A stretch of DNA of 64,000 nucleotides, from positions 117,304,001 through 117,368,000 of the forward strand of contig OZ024745.1 in assembly GCA_964016885.1 (NCBI GenBank), read 5' to 3'. The position numbers and the translations under genes are program-made. Shown in pieces: positions 40,501 to 51,357 of the stretch. Within the stretch, counting starts at the first letter, position 1, and every line of letters starts with the position of its first letter. This stretch comes from Eledone cirrhosa (Eukaryota). The notes under the pieces were generated by a model. That model worked only from the letters and a program-made list of their open reading frames with translations, ran no database searches and was not told where the DNA came from.

Positions 40501-43500
40501 GAAGCAAGACAAATCTCTTTGCATATGCCCGTCATGGAAAAACAAGGAATATTGTGTACAAGGAGGTGCTACAATCATTGTTTAGGTAGACGAGGCAGAA
40601 GGGGATATACACGATTGGCTGAAGAAGGACGAGACTGTGTTAGTAGTACGACCAACGGCTGCTATCACACCAACAGCAGCAAAAACAACAACAAAAAAGA
40701 GAGGAAATGCAGTTACATGATTTTGAAAAATCTTAATGGAAAATTATTTGCCTAAGCACAAAATGTAGACACCATCCCCAGGCCGAGGTATTCCGTACTT
40801 CTCTGTACTGTTTCAGAAAGGAGGGTTAAACAAGCTAATCTATGTTTAGAAGCCTGAGCAATGCCGGGCCATTCTGCTAGTATATATATATATATATACA
40901 CATACACAATAAGCTTATGCATAGTATCCATCTTGCAAATATTACTTACATGGCCTTGGTCAATCTGAGGCCATAAAAGAAGACACTTGCTCAAGGTACC
41001 TGGAATCATGTGGTTACAAAGAGAACTCCTTAACAACACAGACATGCCTGTATCTATGTTGCTTTGTCTCTCACCACCTATATTCTACTTCTCAAACCAA
41101 CATTCAAGTACTACATGCAATCTGCCATTCTATGTGAAACTATTCTCTGAATGCACCCCCATTCACTTTAACTATGCCAATATTACTAAAATTCCATAAT
41201 TCTAATTATGAGGTGGTCTTAAAAACTTTCAGGACTAGTTCTGTAGTGCACCAACAGATGGTAACACATAGTTGTGTATTCAGTGAGAGCTAACAGTGAC
41301 CTTTATGCGCTAGTGTGCCAAGTAACATTGCTGTGTTGACTTCGCAAGTTGCGAGATATGTGTTTTTGTGATCACGTGTATGCTGTAGCCTGAGATTTTG
41401 TCATGAACAGGAATTTGGAACAAAGAACCAATGTGAAATTTTCCGTTCAACATGTGAAGTCTGCTACATTCTTCATATCGAGGATCATCTCCGGTAACAA
41501 AAGTTGGGTCTACAGGTACGACCCTGAGATGAAGCAGCAGTCAACACAGTGGAAAAGCCCTTCATCTCCACAACCAAAGAAGCCACAGCTCAATCAAGAG
41601 CATGCTCATCGTTTTTTTCTGCAGTATCAAGAAATTAGCCCTCAGGGCCAGACTGTCAATTGAGAGTTCTACTGCAACGTTTTGAGGCGTTTGAGGGAAG
41701 ATATTCAGCGAAAGTGACCAGATCTGTGGAGCATGAAGAATTGGATTCTTCACGATGACAATGCACCCTGTCATTGAGCTCTCCTCACTTGTGAGTTTTT
41801 CGCCCAAAACAACATAGTATCACTTCTGCACCTGCCCTATTCGCCAGCTTTAGTACCTACGGACTTCCATCTCTTCTCCAAGCTGAAAATGCAGCTCAAA
41901 GACCACTGTTGTCAAGATCCAGAGTGAATCGCAGAAGGTCCCTGACTTCCTAACGGAAAATGATTCCCAGGTTGGATTCCAAAAGTGGCAAGGACGCTGG
42001 AACTGATGTATTGCTGCGCAAAGCGACTATTTCGGAGGAGATGAAGTTAAAACTTAGGTAAATATATATATTTTTTTAAAAACATAAGTGGTGTGGGAAC
42101 TTTTTAATACCACCTCATATGTATAATTAATTCTCTTCTGATTTGAAGAACTTTCTTTATGGTTGACTTGTAAAAGGGAAGGACATCTAGGTGCTAATGT
42201 TTGTTCCAGTCATCCATATATCTACATTTTCAGAACTGACCATAAACAATTTGTTAAAGAAATATTGATATATTTGATTATACTTTTTAAATACAATTAA
42301 GTATAAATTGCCTGAAACTGCTTACATTTAAAAATTATCTAATTTATTCTAGACTCAAGTATATTTTCTTTTGAAAATATTAATGATGGTAATACCAATT
42401 TACCAGAACATGATGTAGAACTTTCTAAATTGAAAACCATCTTTAAAACAATTGCTGTGCAGGTAGAGTTTTAAAATATATTCAGTTTTTATCAACTCCT
42501 CTCTTTTTCTCTCCTTTCCCTCTTCACCTCTATCTCCCTTCTCTCTTGCTCTTTCTCTTTCTCCCCACACCCTCTCTCTCTCTCATGTAATTGTATGTAC
42601 ACGTGTACTAGAATGTAGCTTTGCATGAATGAATGAGACTAAAACAAAATATCTGGTAGAGAATGTTGAGAAGCCAGAGGGGATCACTAATGTAGGCGGG
42701 AAGCCGCTAGAATTGGTTGAGGACTTCCTGTATTTGGGAGCAAAGATTGGGAATACGGAAGATGATGTGGTTGAGAGGAAGAGCAAAGCCTGGGCGGCGT
42801 GCCACAGCTTGAGATCGGTGTGGAAGTCGGACCTTCATAAAGACCTGAAAATCCGCCTCTTCATTGCTGTAGTGGAGTCTGCGCTGCTGTACGGGTCTGA
42901 GACTTGGACACTTACCAAGAAACTCACTCAGATGGTGGATGTGTGCTACATGAGAATGCTGAGGATGGCTCTGAACATTAATCAGTATACACTGAGGATG
43001 AAAAACTCAGAGCTGTATGGGAGCCTCCCAAAAGTCAGCTCAAAAGTGACACAGAGGAGACTGAGGTTAGCTGGACATGCTCACCAACATCCAGAGTTGA
43101 CATTGCACTCAGTGCTCCTGTGGGAGCCCCTAAATGGACACACTGGAAGAGGAAGACCAAGGATAACGTATGTTGATGCCCTAAGGACAGACACTGGACA
43201 GACACTGGTCTGTTGGAGACGCAGGACATGGCAGCGATAATGAGGGACAGAGACTGCTGGAGAGAACTCGTCCGTGGATATCGGGAATTTTACCCGCCCT
43301 AAAATATATATATAGTATATGTGCATCATCATCATATGTCCGCCTTTCCCTGCTTGCAAGGGTGGGACAAGGGTGCATATGTATATATATTGAATGTTTA
43401 ACTTTGTAGCACAAATCAGATTTTATTTGCTTGTATATATATATATATAACGAAGGAGGTGTGGTAAGGAACCAGATGGACCATAACACACCAGAGTACT

Positions 43501-44617
43501 CAATACTTAAGGTAGTAGAGTGGGTAATAAATACTAATAAAGTCCAGAAATAGCCGTCGAAACGGCTTGAGCTCTGCCGTTGGGGTCAAACACATATATA
43601 TATATATATGCATGAACCTCATTATGTATGTATGCACCAATACCAGAAGCCGGTTGAGTGCTTCGTTTTGGCATGAATTCCTTTGTTTGAACCCAACAAC
43701 CAAACCACGTTTTAGTCTGCGATAGATTCTTCCTCTTTTCATTAGAGTTGGAGTAACGGATTGCCGTGAACTGCTAGATAGCTTATCCAGTAGTTGTGGC
43801 TAGCTCACACTACACGGACCTATCGTATGATGTGGGCAATCCTGCTGAAGACGTCTAATAGCCTGATTACGTAAATATCCACTGATTTTGAGTGATTTTC
43901 TGAACATTGCGGACGTAATATCTACATTTGTAAAGTTATATTACACAGAAACGATGTTGTCCAGGAAATGAGATATTTACATGTCTCTCTAACTAAACAT
44001 AGCCAACTCTACAGTAAACTAAATGTGTGCACTGTGAACAGTTGATTGCAGTTGTATTACTGCAATTCGCCAGATTCATTGAGTGAGCTAGACGCTGGCC
44101 GGGGGACGCTGAATTTACACCAGTGATCTTCGTTACTTTTATTATATACATATATATATATATATATATAATATTTGTGTGTATATATTGTATATCATCA
44201 TCATCATCGTTTAACGTCCATCTTCCACGCTAGCATGGGTTAGATGGTTTTGTTCCATTTGATGCGGGATTGTTCGGGAGACCGTGTCTCGTTCATATGG
44301 AATTGTCTCTGGCAGGTTTTCTACGGCTGGATGCCGTTCCTAACACCAACCACTTTTACAAGTGTATATGTATATATATATATATATATATGATGGTGTG
44401 AAGGTGCATGGCTGAGTGGTAAGAGAATTGAACTCGCAATCGTCAGGTTGTGAGTTTGATTCCCGGACCGGGCGGTGCGTTATGTCCTGGGGCAAGACAC
44501 TTTATTTCACGTTGCGCCTTCTACCTGGAGTTGCGACCGATAGATAGTATTAGCAATTGGAAAGACCAATGGAAACATTGTTTCGTCGGTCCGATTTGAC
44601 GAAAGTCGATTGATTGT

Positions 44618-44676
<59 letters not shown>

Positions 44677-47600
44677 CATTCTATCTATTTTTGTCTATTT
44701 TATACATAACATCTATGTAATGCTAACTGTAAGATAGTGAGTTTGCATTATACTTATATACTCAAATATTTTTGATATAATTTTGTAAAAAGTATAAATC
44801 AGTATTGCTGAGATTTGAATTTTATTCATTTTATTTATTTATTTTTTTTGCAAACATTTTCAAATGATTATTTACTCTATTTTTCTTTAGCTTCAAAAAT
44901 TGAGCAAACCAACTGTTGAAACTGACAAAGATGTTGAAAAGAAAATTTGGTTATTGATAATGCAGCATTTTCTTTCTAAAGAAAATTACAGTGGATATTT
45001 AATTCAGTGGTAAGTATAATTGTTTCTACTTTTGGCACAAGGCCAGCAATTATCCCAGTGCATTACTGGTACTTTATTTTATTGACTCCGTAAGGATGAA
45101 AGGTAAAGTTAACCTCGGTGGGATTTGAACTCAGACCGTAAAGGGACGTAACTCTATGTTGGAAAGCATGGTGTCCAACCCTCTACCGATACTGCCAATC
45201 CACCACCCTAGTGGTAAGTGTAATGTAAATAGATTATAATAAGGAAATATCACAAAGTTCATAACAAGCAAATAACATGTAGAACAGCAATGAATGGTTT
45301 CAATTCAATGTTTATTATGGACTGGCTGTCATACCCAGCTTTATTATTATTACCTAAAAGGGCGGTGGATTGGCAGTATCGGTAGAGGGTCGGACGCCAT
45401 GCTTTGCAGCATAGAGTTATGCCCCTTTATGGTTAACTTTGCCTTTCATCCTTACGGGGTCGATAAAATAAAGCACTAGTAATACACTGGGGTAATTGCT
45501 GACCTTGTGCCAAAAGTAGAAACAATTATTATTACCTAAAATAGATACAACCACATGAATTCATTCTGTTTCAGATAATTTGCCATAAAAAGATGTGAGC
45601 CATCTTTATTTGGTCCAGGAATGTTAACTCAGAATTGTTGCAATTCAGAAAATGGTTTGAGTTGAGTTACATAAAAATGCATTAAAAACAATATAGAACC
45701 TAAAATAGAACCTAAAAAAAGTTTGAGATCCTCTCATCTAAAGCTGTGGTTATAAGTATTGTTACTGATCATGATTTACAGGAATATACATCAATTCCAC
45801 AGTAGTTTTGAATAATCTAACTATTGTTTTTATGGTTATGTTAGATTGTCACACCTGATCTAATGAGTTCACAGCAGACCATGTTTGTACTATTCTGTTG
45901 TTTATATCATTTGACCAGTTGGTATATGCCAAGGTATTTGATATCTACTTGAGAACAGTATTACTTAATGATTTGATATTTGTTGCTTGATCTGAGTTGA
46001 TGGTCATATATTTGGTTTTGTTGACATTTAGAAAGAGTCCCGTAGCTTGAGTAGAACATTTTAAGCTGAGCCTTGGGACAATTTATCAAAATTGTTGCTT
46101 TTATGATGACATCATCATCATCACCGTATAATGACTATTTTCCATGCTTTTCATGGGTTAGATGGGCTGTCATGTACTGAAGCTAGACTGGTTAAGTGTA
46201 CCCCTTTACAGAATGTACTGGGAGAATTTTATTGTCATTCTGATGCTACCACCTTACAGGATGGACTTGGTGTATTTTGTCATGGCCCTACCACTGCTGC
46301 CTTACAGTGCACTACCTGGCAAGTTCTTTTGTAAAGTCAGGGGTCATATAGATTTTTAAGAAGAATGATGGGAATTCATTTCTTCAAGAAAGATTCAGTG
46401 AATTTAAAAACTTTATGGGAGTAATTTATTGATGGGTGATTAGGAGATTTATCACAGAATCCAAAGGTTTATACATAATGGACTCTCCTTGAAGAAGATA
46501 TAAACACTTAAAATTCATCATATTTACTATTTCATTTATTGGAGCTAAGTATAACATTTATGATCATTGAAGTAGAGCTAGATATTTAGGTAGTTCATTA
46601 ACATCTTGAGTTTCATTTTCACACTGAGATGCTATTTCTATTAGTTCATCATTGTTGGCTGGAATTGGACAATTGTGATTTTGAAGCAATAAATTGACAT
46701 ACTTGCTACTTTTTATTTTTTTTATTTTTTAAAGACAGTTCTCATATTTGTTGATCACATGCCCCCAGAGAGATGAAGGTAGAGGTAGGCATTCAGGTTA
46801 TTTTAGGAACCACAGACAGAATTTGGTAGAAATCACCTGCAATCACTAGCCATGATGTCATAGGTTTTTCTTGTCTCTCAATGTCTGCTTCAATGTTTCA
46901 AGAGCAAGTTTTTTGGCTATTGTTCCTTCACCCCACATAATGGACAGCTGACATGGACAGATTTTTTGGCTATTGTTCCTTCATCCCACACCATGGACAG
47001 CTGACATGGGCAAATGTTTTGGCTATTGTTCCTTCATCCCACACAATGGACAGCTGCCATCCTGAGCCTATGTTAATGTTGCTCACAAGTACATTTAAGT
47101 ATGTTAAGTTCTTCAACCTGTGATAGGTATGGCAGCTGTGCTTGATGAGACTACAGCAAGGTCAATCTTCTGTTGACCTTTAACCCTTTAGCATTTACAT
47201 TACTCTATATATATACTATATTCTCTATATATACTATACTCTATACATTCATGGTAAAGGCTTTACTCCACATTATTATCTCACATAATATTGAATCTAT
47301 AAGATTTTGATATTATTTATTTTGAGAACAATATCTTAACATCAATATGAGAGGCTGGTTATGGCCGGTTTGAACAGAAAGGGGTGAGAGAATTCTGGCC
47401 AGATATGGCCAGTTTAAATGCTAAAGGGTTAAGTAAGATCAATTCAACAGAAAATCAATTGATAAAAGCTTTGCCAGTTCCTCTAGGTGCTTCTAAGGAT
47501 AGAATTTGGGTTTCATTGTAGATATTTCTTTGATCTGGCATCATAGAACAATGTTATACGGTTTTTCTCCAATGTCTTTTAGGTAGCTTCATGCAAAAGC

Positions 47601-50600
47601 CACTTAAATTTTCCACACATTCATTGTACCAAATCATCCATTTCACAAAGAGTGAAATTAGATACATCTTCTATGAAGTCCTGTTGAATGTTGGCTGTAT
47701 TGTTTCTTGTTTATTGTAAAGTCTTCTGACATTTTCGTGCATTAGTTGGGATGGATTGTACAAAATAGAAATAGCAAACAAATGGTGAAATTTTGATGGG
47801 AATTTGAAGGCACTATCATCATCTAGTGTTTTATTTCAGGGGTCATCATCTTCCTGGAGCCCAGGTGTTGGCATGGTTCTCTGAAGGTGTTACACTAAGT
47901 TCCAACTTCTGTTTTCAGAGATTCAATTGGATATTTGACTTGATAAAGCAATACACATTTCACTCATTTTGAACATCTGGATATCCAGGGACAGATATGA
48001 TTTGTTTCTTAAGAAGGCTTTTTCTTTTTCTTTTTGCTTTTGCCAATTGCAATATCTTGGGCGATTACAGCATAGAAGTGCTTTTGGAAAGTTATCAGTT
48101 TGATATACTCTCGGGTCCCAAATAATAGTAGGGTGGGAAGGAAAATCAATAATTTTTCTTGGTTGTCTCCCTTGATTTTTTTTTAAAAAGCCAGGAGCTG
48201 GTACAGTAATGCGCCAGCTTCAGCATTCTATAATCAGAAGGGAGATAGGTGTAAAAGCCAAACTTGCTATTTTCAATTCGGTATTCGTGCCAACCCTTAC
48301 CTATGGTCATGAATCTTGTGAAATGATCAAAAGAATATGATTGCAAATACAAGCAGCTGAAGTGGGGTTTCTCTGAAGGGTCTTTGAAGTTATGTTATTC
48401 GATAGAGTGTGTAGCCTGGAGATCAGAGTGTCACTCCAGGTAAAGTTGCTACTTCTCCGAATTGAGAGATCACGGCTCCGATACTATGGGCATGTGGTTA
48501 GAATGTCTCAGGAAAGAATTGCTGGACAGATTTTACAGGCAAAACCATCTGACAGGAGACCCAGAGGTAGACTCCGAACTAGATGGTTATATATCATTCA
48601 TGAGCTTGGCTGGTCTCGCTTGGGTATCCAGCTGGACCAGTTGGACAAGGTTGCTTCTTACAAGACCCGCTGGAAGGAGTGTTTGAGGACTCTGTTCCGA
48701 AGACCCTCTCAGGAATAAGTGGGTGAAGAAGAAGATTTAGTCATCTAGTTTACATATTGAGACCCCAACACATCCTATTTATTATATAACATATGAGAGT
48801 TCTTGTAATGTTCTTTTTTTGTCATGTAAAATGTTTTTTAATGTCTAAAGAAAATTAATTATGACAGGAATGCTACCATTTAAAATAAAATTTCAGCAGG
48901 GGTTTGGAATAAAAGCAGTGGGGTTGGAAAAAACCTGAAAAATTACTAAGCAGGTATTTGGGGTGGGGACACAGGAGGATTATTCAAGATCCAATGGTAG
49001 TTAAAAAACTGTTTTGTGCTTGAACCTAACTCTCTGGTGGATGCAATTGTGGCATATTCTTCAGTGAAATAAACTCTTTCATCAATTTCTAGACCAACGT
49101 TGTACTGCATACCTACTTGGGTAGCATTCTTAGATTGAAGATTTCAGAATTCTCCACAGTTTTACATTAATGCTAACTCACCATCTTTTGATTGATCTTG
49201 ATCAGATTTGAGAACTAAATTAACTTTTACATATTTGTCATTCTTGCCTATCCCTAGATCTCAGGATTAAAGTAACATTTCTCTTGGGATCACAGACGAT
49301 CTCAGGATGTAATTAATTATTTCAATATTCATCATCATCATCATCATCATCACCGTTTTACGTCTGTTCTTCCACGCTAGCATGGGTTAGACGGGTTGTC
49401 CTGTTGTGGGCAGTGTCTGGTCGGCTGACCATGCCTTGCTCATACAGGAACTGATTTTGGCTTGATTTCTACAGCTGGATGCCCTTCCTAACACCAACCT
49501 CATTTACAGTGAGTGCTGGGTGCTTTTTCGTGGCGCCTACACGTCCACTTTACAGTGTGGGCTGGGTGCTTTTTTGCCGTGGCTCCTCCACGACCACCTT
49601 GCGGTGGGGGGTGTGGGGGCATATTGTCTATATGCTTCAGCTTGTACCCATAGGAGGTTGGGTATTCTGTATTACTGCGTGACGCCAGAGGTCACGGTCG
49701 TGTATCATTGCCTTTGAGAGGTGTAATTGGGTAAGGTCGGCTTTTATCACCTCATCCCAAGTCATCTTGGGTCTCCCCACTCCGCGGTTTTCATCGACTT
49801 CTAGTGCTCTGTACCTTTTTATGCAGCTGTCATCCTTCATACGCATCACATGTCCATACCAGCGCAACCGCCTCTCCTGCACGCAGCATTTGATTCCTCT
49901 TATGCTCAGTCTCTCTCTCAATTAATTTATGCTTTGTCGTTCACAAATGTATTTTATAATTTCCTGTTATTTGAACATCTGTTCATTCCTGTAGTGTAAA
50001 CTTTTGTTTTGATACAACAAACTTCAAACTTTTAATTTTATCAGAGTATTTATGTGTGTGTGTTTATGTGTAATAATGTATGATATATATATATGTATGT
50101 GTGTATATTATCATCACCATCATTTTACGTCCGCTTTTCCCTGCTTGCAAGGGTGGGACAGGTCATAGTCAGTACAGCATCTCTCCATTCGTCACAGTCC
50201 TAGGTCAGCTTTCACCACCTCCGCCCATGTTTTTTGTGGTCTTCCTCTTCTGCGTCTTCCTTCCACTGGGATTTCTTGGCACTTCTTTACCCAGCGGTCA
50301 TTCTCCATGCTCATCACATGGCCATACCAACAGTCTTTTCTCCCACACACTACAGCCTATCCCTCTTATACACAGTTTCTCTCTCAACTCATCTATGCTT
50401 GGTCGTTCATGCACATAGACATTGCACATCCAATGGAGTGTGCTTGCTTCATTTCTCTCCAGCCGTCGCATATCCTCTGCAGTTGCTGCCCATGTCTCAC
50501 TATCATGCAGCATCGCGCATTTTACACAGGCATCATATAACTGGCTTTTCATTCATAGGGAGAAACCCTTGTTTGTCAACAGAAGAAGCAGCTCCCTAAA

Positions 50601-51267
50601 CTTCTTCCAACCCGTCCTTCTACTAGATACTATGGCCTCGGAGCACCCTCTCATGCTAATCTGATGACCTAGGTATCAGAAGCTATCAACCACCTCTATA
50701 GATCCTACATGCATTTGAAAAATGTACCTATCACTGACACTTCAACTATCAATTTTCCCTGAACATCTGCTACATATGAAGTTTTCCCTTCCTGTTAGTT
50801 TGCCTGCTATCCCACTACACCTCTTGTGTACCCAAGATCTGCATTGAGTACATTCTATAGAGTTTATGCCAACTCCTTTTCTACATATCGTGCATGGCCA
50901 TTTCCTTGATGGAATCAGAGTCTTGTCCTTTTTCCTACTTATCAACACTTTAGTCTTTGCTAGGTTCACTTTCAGTTACCTTGATTCCAACTGCTGTTTC
51001 CATAGCCAGAATTTATTCTCTAGCTCCTTTACTGATTCTGCTATAAGTACCAGATCGTCAGCATAGAGAAGTTCCCATGGGCAGCCAGTCTTAAACTCTT
51101 CTGTTATGGCTTGGAGAACTATAATGAACAAGAGCAGGCTGAGGACTGAACCCTGAAGCACTCCTACTTGTATCTGGAATTCCTCACTAAACTCCATTCC
51201 TACTCTCACTTTACTGACAGCACCCCTGTACATAGCTTGCACTGTCCTCACACACCTAGTTTCCTTA

Positions 51268-51357
<90 letters not shown>

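Noticed and set aside
45619-45687. Alternative terminal exon WNVNSELLQFRKWFELSYIKMH*
   Set aside because: Phase-compatible with exon 14 but has no strong donor or TM and no other support; kept only as a remote possibility.
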